From Candidatus Limnocylindrales bacterium (GTDB lineage Bacteria; Chloroflexota; Limnocylindria; Limnocylindrales; CSP1-4): a stretch of DNA of 64,000 bases. Made by a program: the position numbers and the translations under genes. Positions 27,680 through 34,714 of the stretch are shown here, in pieces; the first letter of the stretch is position 1, and every line of letters starts with the position of its first letter. The notes under the pieces were generated by a model. It was given only the letters and a program-made list of their open reading frames with translations. It was not told the DNA's origin and searched no databases. Location of the stretch: positions 5,725 through 69,724 of the forward strand of contig JBBRNM010000002.1 in the NCBI GenBank assembly GCA_038230295.1, in the 5' to 3' direction.

Positions 27680-28327
27680 TCAGCCGCAGACGTAGGGATG
27701 GGGCGTGGGGTGCGCCGCCTTGGGATCGGCCGGGCCCTCGGAGGTGAAATCGGCGACGACCTGGAGCTTGGGCACCGTGCCGTGCGGCCCCTCCGAGGTC
27801 TGCAGGAACAGGCGCTCCGTCGTCGTATTGAAGGCCTGCGTGAGGTCGAGGGTGTGCTGGTTGACCTCGGCGATCCGATACAGGAAGCGGTAGTTGTCGC
27901 TCGTGTAGACCTGGACGATGTCGCCGATCAAACCGGCGCCGGCATTGATCCGAGAGGCGCTGAGGAGCGGCAGGAACATCCCCGCGCGAGCATGCGCGTA
28001 GAGGTAGATCGCAATGCCCTCACCGGGCTGGCCCAATTCCGGCAGGTAGAGAGCGACGTTGCAGAGTGGGAACGTTCCCTGGCTCGATTTCTGGAGCACG
28101 ATCGGCAGGTCGATGCCCAGGCGCTCGATGACAACCCGGGTCGCCACCCGCCCAGCTGGAAAGCTCGGACCCGGCGACGGGATGTCGGCCGTGGCGACGG
28201 GACTGGCGGTGGCCATTGGGCTCGCCGACGGGCTCGGCGAGGCCCCGGGAATGGCCGTCTCGAGCGAGGCCTGACCGCAGCCAACCACGAGGCCGAGGGA
28301 CAGCCCGACGAGCACCAGAAGACGCAT
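27680..28327 (-). CDS. Sortase-like lipoprotein with Ser at the TLxTC cysteine position
   Basis: 215 aa. The lipobox is MRLLVLVGLSLGLVVG-C, followed by a Pro/Ser/Ala linker. Then comes a sortase-like order of motifs: RVVIERLGIDLPIV, GIAIYLYAHARAGMFLPL (His), LIGDIVQVYTSDNYRFLYRIAEV and ERLFLQTSEG, where sortases have L-T-L-x-T-C. Only the last 215 codons of ORF 27680..29425 are used. Confidence 0.55.
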   Translation of the reverse strand: MRLLVLVGLSLGLVVGCGQASLETAIPGASPSPSASPMATASPVATADIPSPGPSFPAGRVATRVVIERLGIDLPIVLQKSSQGTFPLCNVALYLPELGQPGEGIAIYLYAHARAGMFLPLLSASRINAGAGLIGDIVQVYTSDNYRFLYRIAEVNQHTLDLTQAFNTTTERLFLQTSEGPHGTVPKLQVVADFTSEGPADPKAAHPTPHPYVCG

Positions 28328-28416
28328 CGCAGGCGAGCGGTGCGACCCTCGGCGGCGCCCGCCGAAGGGATGGGCCCGATCGGCAGCGGGCCGACAGGGC
28401 GTCGGGGACAGGCTCC

Positions 28417-29280
28417 CTATCGGCGCGAGCGCGTCCGACTGGTAGCGAAGCGGAGCGCCCCGACCAGGGTGATCGTGAAGACGAACATGAAGCCGAACAC
28501 CACCGGCAGGATCGCCGGTCCGCTGGTCCCCGTGGCCTCGTTGAGGGTGTCGGTCGCTGGCGGCGTTGCACCGCCACCGGAGTTGCTCGTGCCGGCCTGG
28601 CATCCGGCCGTCGTGATGACATTGGTGTCCAGGGTCACGGAGCCGTTCCGGGCCAGCGCCCGACCCTGCAGCCGTGCACCCGTCTGCAGCTTGATGGACG
28701 TCAGGGCCAGGATGGTCCCAACGAAGCGCGTGGATGGGGCCAGTGTCGCCGAGCTTCCGACCTTCCAGTAGACGTTGCAGGCCGAGGCGCCATTGATGAG
28801 GGTCACCTTGCTCGAGGACGCGGTGATCAGGGTGGACGCTGCCTGGAAGATGAACACGGCGTTCGGATTGCCCTGGGCGTCGAGCTTCAGGGTGCCCGTC
28901 AGACCGAGGGTCCCGGAGCTGTAGACGCCGGCCTTGAGGGTCTTGCCGCCGAGCTCCACCGGGACGGCCGTCTTCGGGGTGCGCCCGGCGGCATCGTTGT
29001 AGGCCGTGGTCAGGTCGTTCTGCGCCTTGATCGCCGTTGCGCTGGCGATGTTCTTGGCGCCGTGGAGCGTCACCGAGGCGAAGCCCGTCACGGAGCTCCC
29101 CGGGGCGAGCCCGACGCTGCCGGTGATCGTGGTCGGACCGGTATTCGTGATGGTCTGGCCCGCGAGAACCGCGAAGTTCGCGGCCGTCCCGAGTGCCACT
29201 CGAGGCTGGGCGGCCATCGCGGTGCCGGCCAGGGCAATGGTGAGAAATGCCGTCAGAGCGGTGGCTCCGAGGATCTTCAT
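28417..29280 (-). CDS. Secreted DUF3494 (ice-binding-like, beta-helix) protein with C-terminal TM anchor and basic tail
   Basis: AAGGGGA lies upstream of ATG 29280. The signal peptide is MKILGATALTAFLTIALAGTAMA-AQP. The DUF3494 signature is LGTAANFAVLAGQTITNTGPTTITGSVGLAPGSSVTGF. The C-terminus reads ..ATPPATDTLNEATGTSGP-AILPVVFGFMFVFTITLVGAL-RFATSRTRSRR. Confidence 0.8.
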   Translation of the reverse strand: MKILGATALTAFLTIALAGTAMAAQPRVALGTAANFAVLAGQTITNTGPTTITGSVGLAPGSSVTGFASVTLHGAKNIASATAIKAQNDLTTAYNDAAGRTPKTAVPVELGGKTLKAGVYSSGTLGLTGTLKLDAQGNPNAVFIFQAASTLITASSSKVTLINGASACNVYWKVGSSATLAPSTRFVGTILALTSIKLQTGARLQGRALARNGSVTLDTNVITTAGCQAGTSNSGGGATPPATDTLNEATGTSGPAILPVVFGFMFVFTITLVGALRFATSRTRSRR

Positions 29281-29483
29281 CGCGTGTTTCCCCTTGAGAT
29301 GCGAACGAACAGGGACGCATCGGCACGAGAAGATCCGGTGCGCCGTGATCGGCGCCACTGGACCGAATGCCCGCACTCGCTCCGAGGCGTCGGGCCAGTC
29401 TGGTGTCAGGAGGCCGCAATGTCATGACGGCGTGTCATCCGGCGGGCATTGCGCCGCCGACCTTCGTGGCTCAGAGAGGGGTG

Positions 29484-29560
29484 TGGTGGGCGACACTGGA
29501 CTCGAACCAGTGACCTCTTGCATGTCAAGCAAGTGCTCTAACCAGCTGAGCTAGCCGCCC
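29484..29560 (-). tRNA. tRNA-Val (anticodon GAC), CCA encoded
   Basis: GGGCGGCUAGCUCAGCUGGUUAGAGCACUUGCUUGACAUGCAAGAGGUCACUGGUUCGAGUCCAGUGUCGCCCACCA. The acceptor stem has 7 bp (one G-U). The anticodon arm is CUUGC / UUGACAU / GCAAG. The T arm is ACUGG / UUCGAGU / CCAGU. Confidence 0.95.
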
Positions 29561-29942
29561 ATTCAGCGCGCTTCGGTCGCGCCGCCCGCGGATGATACCG
29601 CAGGGCTCGCGCTGCCCTCGGATCAAAGGCCGCGCCGGCGCCCCGGTGCACCGGTACGGAAGTCTCGCAATGGTGCCCGCGCACCACGACCATCGAGCCT
29701 GCCGCGCCCCCGACGACCCGCCCATTGCGGTCGGGCGGTCAGCGCGCAATCCTTCGGGCACGTCGCGACGCGGCGAACCGGGGCAATCGGGGCGTCGGCC
29801 ACGGGCCTTCGATCGGACGCTGGAGCTGGGCACATTCTCGGCTTCGCAGATCCCGCTCGAGAGCCACGAGCCGAGCAACCATGATCCATCGGCCTCGACC
29901 CGAGGACGCGTCCGGCGGGACTCATCGCCCCGCCATCATCCC

Positions 29943-29973
29943 GATCGCCTCGCTCGAGTTGGGCGAGGCGATC
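29943..29973 (-). terminator. Perfect 11-bp hairpin downstream of the ArsA-like operon
   Basis: GATCGCCTCGC (29943-29953) pairs with GCGAGGCGATC (29963-29973) around a 9-nt loop, 30 nt after the stop at 30004. There is no U tract, which is common in high-GC genomes. Confidence 0.4.
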
Positions 29974-30003
29974 GTCCGTGCTGGTCCGATTCAGGCCGCG
30001 GTA

Positions 30004-30303
30004 TCAGTCGATCTTGATCGTTTCCCGGCCCGCGTCCGGGCCTCCGGCGCGCGATTCCATCGCGTCGATGCGGCCGATCCAGAAGTCGACGATCGAACGC
30101 ATGCCGAGAAGCTGCTCCCGGCCTGCGTTCCGAAAGTGCCGGCTCGCCTCCGGCGGCATGACGTGATCGATCAGGTTGCGGCCGCGTTCGCGCATGCTCG
30201 GGTTGCCCTCGAGGCGGCTCAGCCGGTCCTCGACCTCCGCGAGGCGGTCGCTGGCTCCGACACTCGGGATCCCCGCCGAGCTTCGGCTGCGCGTCTCAGT
30301 CAT
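30004..30303 (-). CDS. Hypothetical 99-aa protein translationally coupled to the ArsA-like ATPase
   Basis: Its ATG overlaps the ArsA-like stop (ATGA at 30300-30303). The protein has no TM segment and includes LAEVEDRLSRLEGNP and HFRNAGREQLLGMRSIVDFWIGRID. I do not recognise a family. Confidence 0.5.
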   Translation of the reverse strand: MTETRSRSSAGIPSVGASDRLAEVEDRLSRLEGNPSMRERGRNLIDHVMPPEASRHFRNAGREQLLGMRSIVDFWIGRIDAMESRAGGPDAGRETIKID

Positions 30304-31514
30304 CGCCGCTTTCCTCCTGTTTCGCTTCGGGTGCCGTCTCGCTGCCGAGCTTCGAACTCCACTCGCAGGATGCCGTCTTCCATCTTGGCTCCGCGCGTCG
30401 GCGAGTCAACCAGCGCCCGGGGCAGCACGATGGTCCGCCGGAGCCCGCCGATCTGAATGAGCATCTCGTCGCCGTTCCGGGTCAGGTTCAGCTCGTCGCG
30501 GCTCGTGAACGGCAGGGCCACCTCGAGGACATGCCCGCCACCCTCCGCGCGTACGGTGTAAGGCCGACCGCGATACAGGAAGTCGGCCGGATCGGCCTCG
30601 CCAAACAGTGTCTCCCCGATCTCGGTGAGGGGTCCGACGCCGATCATCTCGCGGTCGAACTGGGGCACCATCCGGACCGGAACGGGGGCGAACTGCGCCT
30701 CGACCTGGGGCAGGTAGCGCTGCTGCGTCTGGCGCAGCGAGGCGAACGAGCCGTCGCCTGCCTTGTCGGCGGGAAGCACACGATTGCAGACGACGAGGTC
30801 GCTCGGGTAGCCGAACAGGTGGAAGTACGTGAACGAGCGCTGGGCCTCGACGATCGAGAGCTTCTCGAGCGCAAGCACGATCCGGACGGTCGAAGTCTCC
30901 GGATCGGCGAGGAGCCGATGGACCTTGTCGAGGCGCATCAGGAGTCGCTCGGCGGCCGCGAAGACCTCGTCGCGCGGCATCGGGACGCCGATCATCCGCT
31001 CGAGCATCGGCCGCCCGATCCGGCTGACCCGGCGACCGATGGGTGCGATCCGCTCGATCCACCAGCGGCTCGCCTCGGGAAGCGAGAGCAGCCGCAGGGT
31101 CTCGCCGGTCGGTGCGGCGTCGACGACGATCACATCGTACTGACCGGATTCCACGTGGTCGGCGATCCACAGCAGGTTCCCGAGCTCGTCCATCCCGGGC
31201 AGGACCGTCATCTCCTCGGCCATGACCTCATCGAGGCCGCGCCAGCTGAAGAGCCGGGTCATGTAGGACTGGATCGTTCCCCAGTAGCGGCCGATGTTGA
31301 AGTAGACGTCGGGCTCCTGGCCCCACAGGTTGTCGGCGATCTTCGTCGGCTCGGCACCCAGGGGAACGTCGAATGCATCCGCCAGGCTGTGCGCGATGTC
31401 GGTCGACAGGACGATCGTCCGCAGGCCCCGCTTCGCGCAGAGGAGCGCCGTCGCCGCGGCGATGCTCGTCTTGCCGACGCCGCCCTTGCCGGTGTACAGG
31501 AGGATCCGCGTCAT
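30300..31514 (-). CDS. ArsA/Get3-family P-loop ATPase with C-terminal Hsp20/alpha-crystallin-like domain
   Basis: Starts MTRILLYTGKGGVGKTSIAAA (deviant Walker A), with VLSTDIAHSL and VVDAAPTGETLRLL. The C-terminus GHVLEVALPFTSRDELNLTRNGDEMLIQIGGLRRTIVLP..MEDGILRVEF is Hsp20-like. Only the last 404 codons of ORF 30300..33044 are used. Confidence 0.88.
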   Translation of the reverse strand: MTRILLYTGKGGVGKTSIAAATALLCAKRGLRTIVLSTDIAHSLADAFDVPLGAEPTKIADNLWGQEPDVYFNIGRYWGTIQSYMTRLFSWRGLDEVMAEEMTVLPGMDELGNLLWIADHVESGQYDVIVVDAAPTGETLRLLSLPEASRWWIERIAPIGRRVSRIGRPMLERMIGVPMPRDEVFAAAERLLMRLDKVHRLLADPETSTVRIVLALEKLSIVEAQRSFTYFHLFGYPSDLVVCNRVLPADKAGDGSFASLRQTQQRYLPQVEAQFAPVPVRMVPQFDREMIGVGPLTEIGETLFGEADPADFLYRGRPYTVRAEGGGHVLEVALPFTSRDELNLTRNGDEMLIQIGGLRRTIVLPRALVDSPTRGAKMEDGILRVEFEARQRDGTRSETGGKRR

Positions 31515-31538
31515 ACCGACACCATCGTACGCGGGCCG

Positions 31539-32417
31539 GTGCTTCATGATCCCCGGGTGCCCAGGGCCGACGCCTCGACCGCCGACTACGAGCTCATCGA
31601 CGCCGGCGCCGGCCGGCGGCTCGAGCGATTCGGCGTTCACCTCGTAGACCGCCCGCAGCCCGCGACGATCCTCAGCCCGGAGGCCCCCGAGCTCTGGCGC
31701 GACGCCGACCTCCGGTTCGATCGCGACACGGGCTGGACGGGGTGGGCTGCCCCGGCCGAGCCCTGGTCTGTCACCGCGGATGGCCTGGCGCTCGAGCTCA
31801 GGACGACGGAGTCCGGCGGCGTCGGGCTCTTTCCGGAGCAGCTCGCGAACATCGCCTGGCTGGTCGCGGCGATCCGGGCTCGCGCAAGGAGCGGTGCGAG
31901 CGGTGGCAACGCCGCGATCCTCAACCTGTTCGCCCACACCGGGCTCCTGACGCTGGCAGCCGCGCAGGAGGGAGCGTCGGTCGCCCACGTCGACGCATCC
32001 CGCACTGCCGTCGCCTGGGCCCGCCGCAACGCCGAGCTCTCGGACCTCGGCCATGCGCCGATCCGATGGCTCGTCGACGACGCACTGGGCTTCGTGCGCC
32101 GCGAGGCGCGCCGGGGCCGGCGTTACGACGGCATCCTCATCGACCCGCCGTCCTACGGGCACGGCGGGCGCCGACCGTGGCGCCTCGAATCGGACCTGCC
32201 CGAGCTTCTCGCCGCGTGCGCGGAGGCCAGCGCGGACGACGCGTTCGTCCTCCTGACCGCCCACACCCCGGGGTACGAAGACGAGCGGCTCGCCGGCGAG
32301 ATTCGCCACGCCTTTCGGGAGCGGGTCGGCCTCGACGTCGAGGTCCAGCCGCTCGAGCTCCGGGCCACATCGGGAGCCCGGCTGCCACTCGGCACCGCGA
32401 TCCGGCTTTCGGCCTGA
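31539..32417 (+). CDS. Class I SAM-dependent (RlmI/RlmK-like) methyltransferase
   Basis: Motifs are YELIDAGAGRRLERFG, LNLFAHTGLLTLAAAQEGA (motif I) and GILIDPPSYG (motif IV). The start is GTG 31539 or GTG 31557. The rest of ORF 30531..32417 is antisense to the ArsA-like gene. Confidence 0.75.
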   Translation: MLHDPRVPRADASTADYELIDAGAGRRLERFGVHLVDRPQPATILSPEAPELWRDADLRFDRDTGWTGWAAPAEPWSVTADGLALELRTTESGGVGLFPEQLANIAWLVAAIRARARSGASGGNAAILNLFAHTGLLTLAAAQEGASVAHVDASRTAVAWARRNAELSDLGHAPIRWLVDDALGFVRREARRGRRYDGILIDPPSYGHGGRRPWRLESDLPELLAACAEASADDAFVLLTAHTPGYEDERLAGEIRHAFRERVGLDVEVQPLELRATSGARLPLGTAIRLSA

Positions 32418-32426
32418 GGGCCGAAG

Positions 32427-33233
32427 ATGGCGGCGATGGAGATCGAGAGTCCCGCGAACCCGCGCATCCGGGCGGCCGCGGCGCTGCGGCAGCGACGCGA
32501 GCGGGACCGCTCGGGCCTGACCCTCGTCGACGGTCTCCGGGAGTCGATTCGCGCGCTCGAGGCCAGTGTGGTCACGGAGCTGGCGCTCATCAGTCCCGCA
32601 CTCCTCGACGGCGACGGGGCGGATCATCTGCGGTCTCTCCTCCGCGAGCGCGGCATCGAAACGGTCGAGGTGGGCCCGCGGGCCTTCAGCCGGGTGGCCT
32701 TCGGGGACCGCAACGAGGGGGTCGTCCTCATCGTGCGATCTCCGACCACCGATCTCTCCGCCATTCGCTTCCGCGAGGGCGAAGATCCGCTCGTCGTGGT
32801 TACGGAGGACATCGAGAAGCCCGGCAACCTCGGCGCGATCCTGCGATCGGCCGACGGCGCCGGCGCGAGTGCTGTCGTCGCCCTCGGCGGCACGGACCTC
32901 TTCAACCCGAACGTCATCCGGGCAAGCATCGGCACGGTCTTCAGCGTCCCGCTCGCAGCAGCACCGGCCGACGCCGCCCTCCACTGGCTGCGCGAGCTCG
33001 GCCTCCGGATCGTCGCCGCGAAGGTGGAAGCGAGCCGGCTCCACACGGCGGCCAACCTCAGCGGTCCACTGGCGATCGTCCTCGGGAACGAGGCGGCCGG
33101 CCTGTCCGACACATGGGATGCGCCGGACGTGGAATCCTTACGCCTGCCGATGCTCGGCGTCGCCGACAGCCTCAACGTCTCGGTTGCCGGCGCGATTCTC
33201 CTGTACGAGGCGCGCCGGCAGCGCGACGGTTAG
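32427..33233 (+). CDS. TrmH/SpoU family RNA 2'-O-methyltransferase
   Basis: SpoU motifs are EDIEKPGNLGAILRSADGAG, IVLGNEAAGLS and LPMLGVADSLNVSVAGAILLYE. Confidence 0.88.
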   Translation: MAAMEIESPANPRIRAAAALRQRRERDRSGLTLVDGLRESIRALEASVVTELALISPALLDGDGADHLRSLLRERGIETVEVGPRAFSRVAFGDRNEGVVLIVRSPTTDLSAIRFREGEDPLVVVTEDIEKPGNLGAILRSADGAGASAVVALGGTDLFNPNVIRASIGTVFSVPLAAAPADAALHWLRELGLRIVAAKVEASRLHTAANLSGPLAIVLGNEAAGLSDTWDAPDVESLRLPMLGVADSLNVSVAGAILLYEARRQRDG

Positions 33234-33246
33234 CGCAGAGGAATTC

Positions 33247-34617
33247 GTGGACGAGTTCGACTTCATCGTCATCGGCGCCGGCCCGGCCGGCGAGGCCGCG
33301 GCCAACGAGGCCCGGCGCCGCAACGCGAGCGTGGCGATCATCGATCGCCAGTGGTTCGGCGGCAGCTGCCCTCACATCGGCTGCATCCCGTCGAAGTCGC
33401 TCCTGGACTCGGCGGCCCGCCACGAACGCAACCCCGCGACCTGGTCGTGGCGTCAGACCTCGGAGCGCCGGGACTACATGGTGAACCGGCCGCTCGATGC
33501 GGAGGATCCCGACGACTCGTCCCACAAGCGGGCCCTCGAGGAGGCCGGCGCGATCGCCTATCGTGGCGAGGCCCGGATCACCGAGCGCGGCCACGTCGAG
33601 GTGCGCCACGACGTTGCCGCCCATGTCGTCCACGGCAGGCACGTCGTGGTCGCCGTCGGCTCCCGATCGAAGGTCCCGCCGGTGCCGGGTCTTGATGCAA
33701 TCCCATACTGGACGAACCGCCAGGCAACCCTGACCCGTGACTTGCCGAAGAGCCTGCTCGTGTTGGGCGGTGGGCCGACCGGCTGCGAGCTCGCCCAGGT
33801 CTATGCCCGCTTCGGCGTCCCGGTGACGATCGTCCAATCGGGCGATCGGCTCGCGCCGACGGACCACCCGCGGAACTCCCAGGTCATTGCCGAGGCGCTT
33901 CGCGAGGACGGCGTCGACGTCCGCCTTGGCGTGCGCGCGGTCGCGGTCCGGGCCGGCGCGGGCCGTGACGGCGCGCACGCGATCGACCTCGATGACGGCA
34001 GCAGCGCCGAGGGCCACGCGGTCCTCCTCGCCGTCGGGCGCGAGTTCCCGCTCGAGGATCTCGGCCTCGAGGCGTACGCGATCGACACGACGGGCCGGCA
34101 GGCGTTTCCACGAGACGGACGGCTGAAGATCGCGGATGGCCTCTGGGTGATCGGCGACCCGGCCGGCCCCGAGCTGCACACGCACCAGGCCCATTACCAG
34201 GGCGAGCTGGCCATCCGGATGGCGCTCGGGGAACCCGTCAAGCCGGATTATCGGGCGCTGCCCCGAGCCACGTATACGGACCCTGAGGCGGCCTTCGTCG
34301 GCCAGAGCGCTGAGCAGGCCAGGGCCGAGGGGATCGATGCCGTCGAGTTCATGGCTGACTTCGCGACCTCGGTCCGCGGCTATGGCATCCAGGCGAAGCG
34401 CGGCCACGTCACGATCGTCCTGGACCGAACGAGCCGGACGCTCGTCGGCGCCGCGATCGCCTGCCCCGATGCCTCGGCGGCGATCCACGAGTGCGTCCTC
34501 GCGATTCGCGCCCGAGTGCCGCTCGAGGTCCTCGCCGACACGATCCACGCTTTCCCCTCGACCGGGCGGCTCCTCAACGGCCTGTTCGCGGAGGCCCAGC
34601 AGAGCTTCGAGGCCTGA
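33247..34617 (+). CDS. FAD-dependent pyridine nucleotide-disulfide oxidoreductase (dihydrolipoyl dehydrogenase / mercuric reductase superfamily)
   Basis: Motifs are FIVIGAGPAGEAAA, the redox-active GGSCPHIGCIPSK, the second Rossmann LLVLGGGPTGCELA, and a C-terminal dimerisation region ending TIHAFPS. The start is GTG 33247, after AGAGGA. Confidence 0.85.
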   Translation: MDEFDFIVIGAGPAGEAAANEARRRNASVAIIDRQWFGGSCPHIGCIPSKSLLDSAARHERNPATWSWRQTSERRDYMVNRPLDAEDPDDSSHKRALEEAGAIAYRGEARITERGHVEVRHDVAAHVVHGRHVVVAVGSRSKVPPVPGLDAIPYWTNRQATLTRDLPKSLLVLGGGPTGCELAQVYARFGVPVTIVQSGDRLAPTDHPRNSQVIAEALREDGVDVRLGVRAVAVRAGAGRDGAHAIDLDDGSSAEGHAVLLAVGREFPLEDLGLEAYAIDTTGRQAFPRDGRLKIADGLWVIGDPAGPELHTHQAHYQGELAIRMALGEPVKPDYRALPRATYTDPEAAFVGQSAEQARAEGIDAVEFMADFATSVRGYGIQAKRGHVTIVLDRTSRTLVGAAIACPDASAAIHECVLAIRARVPLEVLADTIHAFPSTGRLLNGLFAEAQQSFEA

Positions 34618-34621
34618 GCCG

Positions 34622-34714
34622 GGGAGCCTCGGCGTTCGAGGTGGACCTGGGCGTTGGACGTGGACCTGGGCGTTGGACGTGGAGTCAGCATTCGACGAGG
34701 AGTCAGCGTTCGAC
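34622..34714. repeat. Degenerate 18-19-nt tandem repeat, 5 units, between convergent genes
   Basis: The units are gggagcctcggcgttcgag, gtggacctgggcgttggac (x2, identical), gtggagtcagcattcgac and gaggagtcagcgttcgac. The last unit overlaps the amidohydrolase stop codon (34703-34705). Confidence 0.8.

Noticed and set aside
28328-29425. Upstream 366 codons of the 581-aa ORF 27680..29425
   Set aside because: This is an out-of-frame read-through across the DUF3494 gene and is Arg/His/Pro/Gly-rich. The real genes are 27680..28327 and 28417..29280.
29561-30003. RNase P RNA, tmRNA, SRP RNA or 6S RNA in the large gap next to tRNA-Val
   Set aside because: The characteristic conserved strings are absent on both strands by eye. 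I looked for GGAAAGUCCGG for RNase P, a tRNA-like CCA end with a tag ORF for tmRNA, and the SRP GGAA/AGCA motif.
31515-33044. N-terminal 510 codons of the 914-aa ORF 30300..33044
   Set aside because: They lie antisense to the SAM-methyltransferase and TrmH genes, and the sequence is Arg/Pro/Asp-rich. The ArsA-like protein begins at the internal ATG 31514 with its Walker A at residue 10.
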